In this document: positions 39,465-51,835 of the stretch, piece after piece
Layout: each line of letters starts with the position of its first letter
How positions within the stretch are numbered: position 1 is the first letter of the stretch
Assembly (NCBI RefSeq): GCF_032062105.1
Contig: NW_026930899.1
Location: 1 to 64,000, forward strand
DNA: 64,000 nucleotides
Origin: Saccostrea cucullata
Taxonomy: Eukaryota
Direction: 5' to 3'
Translations under genes and position numbers: made by a program
Notes under the pieces: model-generated
Databases searched by the model: none
What the model saw: only the letters and a program-made list of their open reading frames with translations
Told to the model about the DNA's origin: nothing

Positions 39465-40865
39465 ATGGACCAAGGAAGATGCATCAGGTATGAAAAAACA
39501 AGAACTTATTTCTAAAAACACCCCTTTTCCTTTTAATGATATTTAAAAATCATTGTTTTAAGAAGTAACCTAAAGGAATTATTAAACACTTTTAATTTTG
39601 CTATTCATTGCAGTTCCTCAAACGGCGAGTTCGAATGTTGCTCTAATTTCTATCTGGATTCAGACATTTGTAAACGTACGTATCATTTTATATCTTTTTA
39701 TCAAATAAATTACAAGTTTTTATCTTCTATATATTATGTTTCTTGTATCTTAAATTTCATTTCTAAGTGAAAATATAAAAACTTAAGATAAACATACACT
39801 AGGGAGCTGTGTGTATTTTAGCTTGTCCCCCTGGTACCTATGGCGTTAACTGCTCCTTCAGCTGTCCCCGTCTGATGTATGGCGATGGCTGTGGATACAT
39901 ATGTAACTGTTCTCCAGATCGATGTGATGCTGTCTATGGCTGTGGTATGACGACAACATCAACAGACTCATACAAACCAACATCAACTGGTATAACCATA
40001 GGTATAGCCTTTTTATCCCAATAAATATAATGGATTGATTTTTTTTGGGGGGGGGGTTAAACTGTAGATCTTTTTTTCTAACTTTAACTTTTTGCTGAAA
40101 TTTTTAGAAAGACCGGTGACAGTTTCTACTCAATCATTTCTCACACAACGTGTTGAGATAACCGAATCACCCTCCTCGACAATCTCCACCCTAAGGGACA
40201 CCGCTGTCAATATCAGAGATGAGACTGAGCCGTTCCCGTACAGGGCAATCATCATAGGAATGGGTGTCGTGCTATCTTTCTTTTTGGTATTTACATTCAT
40301 ACAACTATGTTCTAAAATGCGGTCAAAGCGAAAGAGAATCAAATCGTCTGAAGAAAGCGGAATCTACCACGAAATTCCTGCAGCAGATGAGAGAGTACCA
40401 CAGGAAATTACCGAACATTACAACCAAGTAACTGAACAAGGAAATATCAGCTCCATTAAAAAACAAGAAAATATGACAATACAAAAGACGCCAAACAGCG
40501 TCGGACCATATAGACCACCCCTCTATGATGATATTAAGCAAGAAGAGTTTAACCCATCAATGTATGAAAAATATTTGCATGATATGTATTTAACAGTTGA
40601 AGAAGCAAAGAAAGACGAAACAGATTTAAGTTCCGATTCAGAAATCAGAGAATCATACCTAGAGCCGATATCAAAACAAGAAACGCACTTTTATACACAT
40701 GTGATGGGGATTTCAAATGATACAACATCTAGTGCAAATACAGAACGGGACAAGGATACTTCAATGCATTCAGATTGTGAAGATAATGATGCATCGGTCA
40801 AAAATGCAAGTCCAAAGGATAATTTGGAACAACAGGAACTTTACTTACAAGTTATTCAAATATGA
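39465..40865 (+). CDS. G8: single-EGF receptor, long multi-tyrosine tail
   Basis: Exons 39465-39487 (MDQGRCI), 39614-39675 (FECCSNFYLDSDICK), 39822-39989 (EGF), 40108-40865 (TM AIIIGMGVVLSFFLVFTFI, tail ending LYLQVIQI). Confidence 0.87.
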
Positions 40866-42638
40866 CTCTCTACCTTTTTGTTTGCTTTTATATGATTTTC
40901 ATCATACAAATCAAATTTCCTTCAATTGATTGTACATATATCATTATATTAACATCAAATGCTTCCGACATGTTACGCTTGTAACACGACTTAGAAAACT
41001 ATATATAAATGTGATGCAATCACTTCAAATAGTAGAATTATAATGAACTTCTTCCATGTAAATAAGAATTAAAATTACCAATTTTATTTTTTGGTTCTTA
41101 CAACATTCATTTCCTTCTGTTAATGAATTGTCTGTTACTGTTTTAAATACCTCGCTGACTGTTCATAAAAACAAAAATATATTTATATTATTCATAAATC
41201 AGAATGAGATTACATAATTGCATGTTTAGGTCAAATTCGAAGATGGTTTTAGATATACTTTATTTCCTCTGTGATTATCCCAGAAACCCTTAAAATACAA
41301 AAATCATCTTCAACATTTACTATAATTAGACAGCACACTTTGTAGGAGAGGAAGTGGACAACATCAATAGGAAAGGCCTCTAGAAAACAAGCATTTTATT
41401 ATCAAAACAAGAGAATGCTCTATTATAATCAAAATAGACAACACATATTGCATGTTTCCGCCACTTTCGTAGACAACGGAAGTGTTGATATAGGTTGAAT
41501 AATGAGAATTGCTTACAAAAAACATACCGGTATTTTGGCACAAAATTCTGACTCAAAGCCTGGCTTTAATAGCTTTTCTGAAAAGTTTGTCATTCTCAAA
41601 TTTTCCGTTGATTCAAATATGTGGAGTGGACATAAACAAACTATATTACTTCAATATCAACGTAATTTAAGACTTTGTATTGCATGGATAAGAGAATGTT
41701 TCAAATAATCACTAAGGAACCTTGAGATGAAAGATACGATACTAATTTAGGAGATCAAAAAACTTCTTAAAGACAACTTTGAAGACTTTTTTTTCTATTG
41801 TGAACATTCCTTCCTTACATACTTATACCATAAGCATCTACAGATAGATTTAATATCTTTCATTTGATTTAATAGAACATTAAAAATTACGAACAATTAC
41901 AATTTCTAAGATAAAACAAGCATTCTGTAAATTCTTTAGTTGACAAATTAATACAATAAAATACACAGAAGACTTAATTATAGATTTATTTGCTAACAAG
42001 ATTATTGTATCGACCTTAAAACTTGCGAAATAATGACTTTAAACAAGACTGCTGATATTTTTTGTTTATTCAATTATGTCAATAACTTAACCGTATTGGA
42101 CATTGTCCCTAGGTAGAACATACTCTTGCATATAGAATCAACTGAGAGAGATAAACCCCGAAAGAAGATGATATGGGTATATTGCTAAATGCATAATAAA
42201 AGTTGATGATTGAAAAGTTTAAGTTATCATAAATTATGCTTTGTTGTTAGGTTACCATTAACATTTATATAATTGAGCCGAATCTTCATTAATATTTTTA
42301 TCAATACAAAGTGTAACTCTGCTATTTCACACTGAATTCTCTTCATGACAAGCACCGCATGGTGGAAGTGACCCATCATAGAAGAATGCTTACTTCTACG
42401 TGACAACTCGTCCCAAGACCATAGACTGAGAACAAATCCAAGTCAGAATTTCAAATAAATATAACTTTTGATATAATTTTGATAATGAAAAAAAATTTCA
42501 TCACTTGTTAAAATTACATTATTTCACAAACTGCAAAATTTTAAAGACCTTATATTAAATAAAATGCGAGATATTCAAAATCAATTTTTTTTACTTAAAT
42601 CTGTTCTCGGTTTATTGTCTTGATGCCTGATCTCACCT

Positions 42639-42771
42639 CTGGCCTGGGGCCATAAAACTTAGACGAGCTCACTTTTGATCTCAGTCTCACTTTTTCCAAA
42701 GGAATACATAGTGGAAAACTGAGACTGAGATCAAAAGTGGGCTCGTCTAAGTTTTATGGTCCCCAGGCCAG
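42639..42771. mobile_element. Hairpin MITE inserted in a Penelope-like 3' UTR
   Basis: CTGGCCTGGGGCCATAAAACTTAGACGAGC.. / ..GCTCGTCTAAGTTTTATGGTCCCCAGGCCAG. The flanks rejoin as CTGATCTCACCTCTGATGTTT..GAGGT. Confidence 0.8.
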
Positions 42772-42929
42772 ATGTTTAAGAGGTTCCTCTTTGTCCTGCT
42801 CCATATCTGTATAATTTGAATTAAGTTTTAAGCTTACTTGCTGTTCATTATTTATATATTTCATGAATAAAATAAAACCTATATGTAGCACTGTAGAAAT
42901 TTCATGTATTGTATTATTCTAATAATAGA

Positions 42930-42990
42930 GCCGCCAAAATATAGCTGAAATATTGCCGACTAGGCGTAAAACAGCAAAAATCAATCAATA
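42930..42990 (+). mobile_element. SINE 3' tail fragment
   Basis: GCTGAAATATTGCCGACTAGGCGTAAAACAGCAAAAATCAATCAAT, with the same tail type as the 4381 SINE. Confidence 0.55.
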
Positions 42991-45507
42991 TAATAATAGA
43001 TCGTAGTACGGAATTAAATTACGTTATGAGCGACTAAAAGAAGGAAATTTTCAAAACAAGTGCATTTTGTTATAGGTTTTATCATTAATTTCCTTGACTT
43101 TCCTCAAACTGGTTGGTAAGAAAATTGAACTCTGTATAAACAATCGTGCAATATTAAGCCTATACCTCTAACGATTCTTTTAGTATGCTCAGCTTTAGTT
43201 TTCTTTCTCTGTCGCTCAGAGGAGGAACTAGCGTCATCAGTATAATACAGTATTTCTGTTTATCAGGGTGGAGATTCTTTTGTGTAAGTTTGAATACTGG
43301 GTTAAACATCAGCACCAAAAGTTTTAACCAACAGCAGTTAATGCAACGAAAGGTTGATTTCAATTCGTAAGTAGTAACAATTGGGTACCTAAAATATATT
43401 GTCTCACTTCAACTTTTTTTTTAAATAAAAAAATAATATTCAAATTGATACACGGCACGGAAAATTAAATGGTTGTCTTCACATTATGATCTGGCGGCTC
43501 CAAATCATTTTTGGCTTCCGCGAGAATTATATTATTAAACTTTACCAAAAGGTTACCCCAACTCGCTTCAAATTTTTAAAAATTATTTTGAATGTGCACT
43601 GCTTGTGCTCAAACTAAATTTATTCTTTTTTTTTTCCATTCTCTTCGCTTTTAAAAAAGGTTTGGGAAAGGTACAAGTAACACTACTTTCGGTCCTAAAC
43701 TTTTCATTTTAAATATTTTATCAATTTTAACTATACACCCCCCCCCGTGGGAGGATATATAGTAATCGTGGTGTCGTCTGTCCGTCTGTTACGCTTTGAG
43801 GTACCAATCTCTTATCTACAACTAATATCACACCACTGAATGAAATTTGATGAGACTTTCACAAAATCTTTTTTGCATATTGCCATTGTGTCCTCCTATT
43901 TTAACTTTTGGGTTTTCCATAGAAAAACATTAACACAGCCATTATATTCATATGGGAGCCGCGGGGGGGGGGGGGGGGGGGGGGGGCTAAATGCATATGA
44001 TAATATACTTTAGTAAAGAAATACCGTTTTCAAATTGCCAGTTACAAAGTTGAAAACAGCAAATGATGATAAATGAAAAGCGTTGAAGACAACAAACTGT
44101 GATCGATCTTATAAAAACACAAACCATATAAACAAGGTATGAACGCAGACTAATAAAAAAATTCTAAAACGGGGTCAGGTACCTAAGAGAAGTAAACACC
44201 CTTTCTTGCCCGTCATTGTCGAAACATTCCGTAGTCAAACTTAGTACAAAAGCAAACACCTTTCAGTTGGGAAGAAATAATTGAGTCAAATTCGATCCAG
44301 TGATAGGTTATTTCTGCTAATGAGGTCATCATGACGACCATAGAACTTATTAAAGCTGACTTTAAACGAGGTTGATGAACCCCTGCATCATCAACCGATG
44401 TGTAAGTAACCTGCTTCGGCTTAAAATTTATACTTTAAATTTATCAATTTAAAGTTTATACTTATAAATTAAAAATTTACACTTAATTTGTATAAATTTA
44501 TAAAGTATAATATGTTAAATCAAAAATTGTTCTAAATGGATAAAATGACCCAAGTACATGTATTAACTCAATATCAATTTAAAAATTTAATATTTTATTA
44601 TAAGAAGAAAATAAACAGGAACAAAAATCAATCTATGCTTATGCAGGGGAAATTAGGAATATTTTTTTTATTTTCCATTTTTGTCAAAATTTACTATTTC
44701 TTGCCATATTAATTACATATAAAGGTTCCTTGTATTTTTAAGCATCATTTTGCAAATATTATATGTGTTAAAGGTAATAAATTATTTCAAATACATGTAA
44801 TTGAATGTTATGAAATAAAGAAATTTAAAAAAATTGAACAAAAACCATTCCAGACAACATAATTATCTAAATAATTTGACCATTGACCCTATATAATATT
44901 AATGCCATGAGAAATAAGGCAACAAAAGTAACCCGAGGTTATAAATATTTTAAAGTTTTTATCATTCAGATTTTTTAAATATTCGATTAAAAATGGGGAA
45001 AAAATATTAATATGACAGAAGAAATTCGGACTGTAATAATTATTAAGTTTATGACCCAAACTCTGATTGTTATTTTATATGAAGCAACGCTGTTCCGTTG
45101 CTATGATATTTTATTATTGAAAGAGTTGTGTTGCTTGTAATATTTTGTGAGTAAAGAAAAAAAAAGGTCATAGTGTGAAAATTTGAGGTATTTTCCGAGA
45201 AAAACTCAGGGGCCACTAGCATGAAAAGTAGGTCATTGACCTAGTTATTTGAAATAAAAATTTAACACAAGAATCATAGATGTGCAATGTGCAATAGGTG
45301 GTTTTTCGTTCTTATCAGTGGAATTTTTAGTCATCTGAGTCAAGGTTTACCTTAAATACCGGTAGTCAATAAGATAGACATAAACACCATATGGCAATGA
45401 TCATACTATAAAAATAAGGAAAATGGGCGATTGAAAAGCTGTTGGACTTTTATTTTCTAAAAATAATTATAAGCATTAATCAATAAAAAGTCGTATATCA
45501 GAATGTA

Positions 45508-47138
45508 CACTGTAAAAATTGTGTTTAGGATTTAAACACTTCCATGACGTGTTTAGATCTAAACATGTATAGAAATATGTTTAACAACTAAACACTTATG
45601 TCTAAACATGTTTTATATCTAAACGTGTTTAGAAATTAAACACCTTCTGCTGTAAAATGCAGAGTTATCTTCCCGGAAATGACACAAATACTCGTATATT
45701 TGAACGTTAATTTGAGCGGCCATCGAAACAAAGTGAATCACAAAAGGCTTATAAGGGACGTATCAAGGAGAGATACTGACAACCCAACGGATAACCATGA
45801 AGAATTATTGAAAATCATTTGAAAGGCATCTTTTTACTGCAATATATTAAAGGTATGTTTTCTTTTTATTAAAATTTGCATTATTAAACCACGATGAGCA
45901 ATGTAAACAGTGCCTTTGAGGTCGTTTATAGACTTGTACATGTTGTAGGAGAGGAGGTTATTTTGAATATCATTAAACATAACTATTTTAATTTAAGTAT
46001 AGTTCCAATGCAACTTGAAAAATTGATGTTATCTTCAATGGGCAGCATACGGCATTTTTCCTTAAATCTGACTTTCTTTCCTACAGGTTATGTGAGTAGT
46101 CCGGATTGAACTCAAAGCATGGATGTATCAAAGTACCTGTATCTGTGCATGGCGTCATCTTCAAGTGCAAATTGTGGTTCCATGATCAACACTAAGAAAC
46201 GTATGAAGTATATTGGGTTACCCTGTAGATAATTCAACAATGTTCGGTGGATTTGAATATATGTACCTAAAATTATCATTTTGCGATTATCCTTGTGCAT
46301 TTGAAATGGATTTATTTACTTTTCGGCAGTTTAATACTGATGGGATATTATATCATGTGGTGCTATGTAGTGCTTTAGGACTGGTGATAGTTAATCAAGT
46401 TTGACATTTTGATGACTGACATATGGAACACTCTGCAACCGATTGAAACTGTAATTAATCATATGTAAAATATTATATTAACTAAATATTTTATAATTTT
46501 AATTGATATATCTTCAACAATGCATTATTAAAAAGATTAAAGGAAGTTTTGATATAAAATTGCTAGCTTCTTTTATTTTTGTTGCTCATCCCTGCGTTAT
46601 GAATATAATTTATGTCATGCTGATTGAACTTACAGAAATCAAAATATTAAATTTGTGTAAAAAGAACATCAACAATTGTAAGGTATCTACATATCTAAAC
46701 AATCAGAGGCCTTATGATAAATAATTTAAATATTTTGAAAATTTTGACAATATTATGTGTATTAAGTTATACATATGCTCTTTGTGCCAAAATTTACAAG
46801 TGTTTATAGTCTTTCTGCAGTTACACTTGTTTTAATATGTTATATCTAGATATGTTTAATTTCTAAGCACATAATTAAGAAATGTGTTTAAAATTCAAAC
46901 ACTTTTCTAAACACTTTTTTGTCACCTTCTTTTTTATATGTTTAATTCCTAAACATGTAAAATTTCTAAACATGTATGAGAAAGTGTTTAGAATCTAAAC
47001 ACATATGTTCTTCTATTCTAAACGCTTTCTCAAACGTGTTTAGAAACTAAATATGTTTAGGAATTAAACATATAAAAAAGAAGGTGACAAAAAAGTGTTT
47101 AGAAAAGTGTTTGAATTCTAAACACATTTCTTACAGTG
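45508..47138. mobile_element. Non-autonomous CACTA/EnSpm-like TIR element
   Basis: Termini CACTGTAA..GTGTTTAG / CTAAACAC..TTACAGTG flanked by TA on both sides, with dense subterminal TCTAAACAC/GTGTTTAGA repeats in both orientations. Confidence 0.75.
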
Positions 47139-47965
47139 TACAGTAGAGTTGAAGACCAAAACATTTTTCTTTTCTTCTCACGGTGTTGTTTTTCAAACGC
47201 GAAAGACAAAATACCCTTTGCTATGGATAATAAAGGTATTTTGAGTTTGATTTTTTTCATTCCATTTGCAGGCAATGCTCTCGTGAAGTGTGGTTTATAC
47301 AGAGTAATCACCTCAAATAATTATTCTACATTGGGTATATTAATAAGTCAAAAGAAGTAAAATTTAAGTTTATCCTTTCTTTCAAAATGAACCAACATTC
47401 TAGTTTCTGTACAGTTTACTAGTGAACAGAGAGTTATGATAAGGTGTAATAGTGCAGTGATATACATGTAGTAGTCATTCTAAATTTTCCTCATCTTCAA
47501 ACAGGTAATTAAATTCGTCAAACTTATGAGATGTACTTTTTTTGTAGTTCACAAGAAAAACACTTTCAAAATTAATAATTATACGTTCATGCAAGTTAAT
47601 TTGAGTAATATTTTAAAACTACGATCAACGTATTTTTTATTTTCCTTCTATTAAAATTTGATAAATCAAATATTCATTGATCAATATTAGTGTATTGAAC
47701 AGTGAATTATAAGCAGGGAGTTACATTTTACGGTTAAAATAAAATAGTTTTTGATAAATGTTAACATATAATAGTATATTATTTGATCAAAGTAAAACCT
47801 GTCTCAAAATAAATATATTTTGTTCGTTTACAGACCTAATGTCTTACTTGAATGGAGTATAAATATTAACACTTTGATAAATGAATGTTTGTAGAAAATA
47901 ATTAATTTTGATTTTTTAATTATAGTATATGAAATCCAGTTGACACGATGTTGAAGGGAAATTAG

Positions 47966-48603
47966 AAAATATGCTAAATCAGACCAGTGAAACAGAAGTC
48001 TTTCTTTGGCATAATACAACATATTCAGTGGGGGACACAACGGAAAATCTCCAGAATTTAACCTCCACGAGTTTGGACAGCGACGTGATATTAAAATGTG
48101 ACAACTTACGAGCTGCTGTCTACATACTGAGTGCTGTTTTATTTTGCCTTCTGTTAACAGTAATGATTTTCTTCTACAAATCAATTAAAAGAAATATCAA
48201 ATCATACTCCTTTGATCGAAATTCTATTGATTCCATTCAAGGGAAAATACAAAAGAGAAAGTATGCTCCAAAAGAAAATGTGTCTATCAACAGAAAAAAA
48301 CATTTTGGAAGAGTTGTCCTTCCTGTTTCCACTCATATACAAATGGTTGAACATGTAGTTCCTAACTTTACAGAAGGTTCCAATAGAAACATCAGACCAA
48401 GGAACAGCAAAGAAACGCATCTGTATATGGACGTTCTGCCTGATACTCAGAGTACTTTTGATGAGATCAAGTATTCTGTCTGTTTAAATGAGGATGAAAA
48501 TTATGAGAAAGGACTTACCGATTCGGAATATTACAATGTGTCTGATGTCGGTGAAAGGAATACGAAAGTACAATCCGTGATATATCTTAATGAAAATGGA
48601 TAG
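47966..48603 (+). CDS. G9: orphan stalk/TM/tyrosine-tail exon (partial gene or pseudogene)
   Basis: ORF 47971-48603 has a TM (AAVYILSAVLFCLLLTVMIFFY) and a tail with HLYMDV, SEYYNV and VIYLNE. There is an in-frame TGA at 47941 and only a weak acceptor at 47965. No intact EGF exon was found between G8 and here. Confidence 0.55.
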
Positions 48604-48944
48604 TAAAGAATGATTCCCCCGGGGAAACCTTTTGATTCGAATGGCTAAGTTATTATTAAAAATAAAAGAATTATTTACATGTAACGTAAATATGAATGGA
48701 AGTTTTAATCCTTACGTATATTAAATTTCATCTAGTTTTTATATCCAGAAAACCCAACAACTATGCAAATTTGATCAGCTGGGAAATGTCCAAATTTTTA
48801 AACGTGTTCCTTAGCTTTCGTCCAGAAAACATTATAAATCAGGAGTATTTCTTTGCAGATAGAGGAGAAGGGATAAAAACTAATAAAATGCTTACATAGC
48901 GTCAAATGCATAGAGGTTTATTCAGTTTGAAAATTTTGTGTTTG

Positions 48945-49700
48945 TATTTGCTGACAATGTCATTGTTTCGACCATAAAACTTACGAAATGATGACTTTAA
49001 ACGAGACTCTTACTATTCTTGTTTCATCAACTAGCCTGTTTGTCAATAATTTACCTCGTTCTAGAAATTGTTCATACATAGAGCATGGTCTTGCATATCG
49101 AAACAACTGAGATATATAAACTCCGTATGCAGGTAATGAAGGTATATTGCTGCATAAGTAAGGAAAATTGACGATAGAAAAGTTTAAGTCATCACGTTTA
49201 TCATAGATCTTGGTTGTTATTTTACAATAAGCGTCTTTCACAAGTAAAAAATCTAAATATAAAACAGATGTGCCAGCTTTGTGTACCCTTTATCTCAAAC
49301 TCACCAGGATATATCGTATCGAAATAGGAATGGAAATTGCCATAATGATTGTTATTGTCAATACCTCATCAATATATCTAATTGTCAAGTTGAAGGTCAC
49401 CACAAGTGTTTTCTTCTTTTCACGCAGAAGATCTTGCACAAACTCTTCTTCATATGACTACAAAAATAGGTCTACTAATAACGGAGCGCAATCGCTACCC
49501 ATGGGAATTCCAAAAGATTGTTGGCCCTGTTCAACGTAGATATTGTCAATCAGAAACACAAGCATTTTTTGATGTCAACTTTAGAGCACTTGTGTGTACA
49601 ATCAGCATGAATTTTACCTAAATGATTTTGCAAATGATGAATGACAAAGTAAGTTAATTTACGAGTTCCATTTTTATTGATAAAGCAGCTGTCAATGGTC
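48945..49700 (-). mobile_element. Degenerate Penelope-like RT fragment
   Basis: ORF 48981-49241 (TTKIYDKRDDLNFSIVNFPYLCSNIP..AYGVYISQLFRYAR) with a GIPMG motif near 49495-49510. Confidence 0.85.
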
Positions 49701-50075
49701 TCTTTTATTATGAAAAATGTTTTAACTGAACTGAAAAATTTCCTGAAGCGTTTAAAATTTGTACTTTTGAATGAAAATTTATAAAGAAAATGCAGCATTT
49801 TGGAAACATCTCGGATTAAAAACCTTCAAACAAGCACCGATTTATTAATAAAAATGTCTACTACGGGGTACCTTGAACGTGTTTGCTAGGAACTGCAAAT
49901 CTGCTAGAATTTTTCTAGTATAATATAGTACATGTAAAATATTTACTTAAAACGGAAGAACATCTTTATTTTAATAAATTATCGTCTTTTCGGGAAGTTT
50001 CCTTTAATTTCCCATTTTTCAGATTAAATTTCATATGAATTTACTTTAATTTTAAATATAAGAATATAGGTGGAT

Positions 50076-50508
50076 ATGGATTACACTGTGATTAAACTGT
50101 TTGCTCTCTGGATGAGCATTTATACACAAGTAAGAGTATATTGTGATAACACTCATCCTGACGAACATGGAGAGTAAGTAGAAGTTTGCTTTTCAAATGT
50201 TTATAATGATTTGAAGTGTATCATTGACTTGGATAGATGTGTTTATCGTATTTATTTATTACGATTAAAACTATATATATTCTTTTCTCAGGTTTAACTG
50301 CTGTTTGCACTTCTTTTTATATGATGGAGAATGTTGAGGTACGTAATAGGAATAGCATGTAGTATAAGGACTTAAAATATCAAGTCGTCATTTTGTTTGA
50401 AATATTGTTATATAAAGCCTTTTTTCAGAGTGTCCGTTCGGTTTTTTTTTCGGACAAAATTGTGCTCTTCGGTGTTACCATCCTTACTATGGTCGACTAT
50501 GTCACTCT
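50076..50508 (+). pseudogene. G10: pseudogenised duplicate of G11
   Basis: Exons 50076-50173 (signal peptide), 50292-50338 (NCCLHFFLYDGEC*, TGA at 50335 where G11 has CGA), 50429-50508 (EGF truncated at a MITE). Exon 1 and 2 sizes (98 and 47 nt) are identical to G11. Confidence 0.85.
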
Positions 50509-50750
50509 CTTGAGTATTCATGCGTCATTTTAAAATTTGTTTTAGTGGCAATTTTTAGTTGGATATGGAGTTGATACTTTATATGGACGATTTGTATAAA
50601 TAAAGGGCACTGATATATGAATAGATCAAATAGCAACAGCAAGATCTTCATGATTAAAAAGAGACTGTTACTGTAATGTGTTAGCAACCTTTTGTTGAAG
50701 CAACCATAGAATCGTTGTCGGTACATCCCATGACGTCATGAATACTCAAG
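50509..50750. mobile_element. MITE truncating the G10 EGF exon
   Basis: TIRs CTTGAGTATTCATG(A)CGTCA / TGACGTCATGAATACTCAAG. Confidence 0.75.
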
Positions 50751-50787
50751 TAATATTTTCTTTGAATATAAAATAAAAATATCTATA

Positions 50788-51835
50788 AACAAGACATGTT
50801 TGTAAAACACTTATGCCCCCTCCCCCCAAAATTGGAATTTTTCTAAGTCCAAAAGGGCATAACTTTGTCAAAATGGCGCGATGATACCCCAAACAGAACT
50901 TGACCTAGATATTCATCTGATCAATCTTTATACTAAATTTCATTTCAGTATGTGCAACCTTTGCAAATAAAATGAACGGAAATTGCACATAATTGGAATT
51001 TTTATAAGTCCAAGGGACATATCTCTAAGAAAAATGGCGCCATCATACCCAAAACAGACTTTGACCTAGATATTATTCTGATATATCTGTATACCAGATT
51101 TAATTTCAATATGTGCAACGGTTATAAAGAAAATGAACGGAAGCTAAGTGGACCGACAGACCGACAGACATACCTACCGACAGACTAACCGATAGACAGC
51201 AGCAAAGCAATAATTATGTCCTCCGTTCTTCGAATGGTGTGTTCCCGTTTTGCACACATTTGTAATTAGGTATAGAACAATAGGTGTGAAGTGTGTTTTG
51301 ATAGCAATTATAGTCTGATTTCTGGTTTGGATTTACCTGGATTTACCTGTGAATACCTGTTTTAGCTTAATGTATTCTTAAGAGGTTTAATACAATTTTA
51401 TAAGCATTTTATTAAAATTCTTTATATATTTATGGGAAAATATTTGATTTTATTGAATAAATTATTATTTGATTCATATTATTTATTATTAAGTCCAATT
51501 TCTTAAAAAAAAAGAATATGTACTTTTCAATCTTGATATAATTCTAAATGAATTAAAGATATTAACATATAATAAAGAAAATAATGAATAAAAATTAATT
51601 TGAAAAGATGTTATGATAAGATCATCAGATAAATACATTAACTTTGTATTTATTCTCTTCTTTTTTTCACTATAAGTTCATCTTTCACATACTTACTAAG
51701 CTAAGTATAGTATAGACTATAGCAATTAAGCAATCATCTCACCTGGTCAAATTCCCACTTTTCACACATTTTTTAATTACCTGTAATTAAATGTGTGCAA
51801 AAGGGGAACAAACCCTTCGAATGGGGGCATAATAA
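50788..51835 (+). mobile_element. HINE/Helentron-like element split by a TIR element
   Basis: AAACAAGACATGTTTG start, two ~170-bp core repeats, a GACAGACC microsatellite, and a terminal hairpin completed by GGGGGCATAAT after the insertion. Confidence 0.65.
51236..51814. mobile_element. Non-autonomous TIR element with 8-bp TSD (Merlin- or Mutator-like termini)
   Basis: TIRs GGTGTGTTCCCGTTTTGCACACATTT / AAATGTGTGCAAAAGGGGAACAAACC, with an exact TSD CTTCGAAT at 51228-51235 and 51815-51822. Confidence 0.85.

Noticed and set aside
808-40865. Assigning MEGF10/ced-1/draper gene symbols
   Set aside because: Only motif-level similarity. With one to three EGF exons and no clear NPxY, these are not supported as orthologues.
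41348-41484. ETS-like GGAAGTG motifs (also a kappaB-like GGGAAGTTTCC near 49992)
   Set aside because: Short motifs expected by chance, with no TSS or chromatin evidence.
43963-43986. Poly-G tract as a regulatory G-quadruplex
   Set aside because: It is a homopolymer within a repeat fragment; similar short G/C runs are scattered through the window.
44768-45355. Kolobok-like element (TTAA flanks, AGGTAA/TTACCT ends)
   Set aside because: The inverted match is too short to distinguish from chance in AT-rich DNA.
45894-46724. Short ORFs inside the CACTA-like element as a transposase or host gene
   Set aside because: No recognisable transposase or receptor motifs, although spliced remnants cannot be excluded.
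43185-47505. Ectodomain exons for G9 (43220-43367, 47183-47235, 47272-47335)
   Set aside because: There are exon-like boundaries and one CC, but the acceptor before CC is not AG and no 8-Cys EGF pattern survives.
50335-50337. TGA read as selenocysteine in G10
   Set aside because: It aligns to Arg (CGA) in G11, not Cys. It is a CpG transition, and the next exon is independently disrupted.
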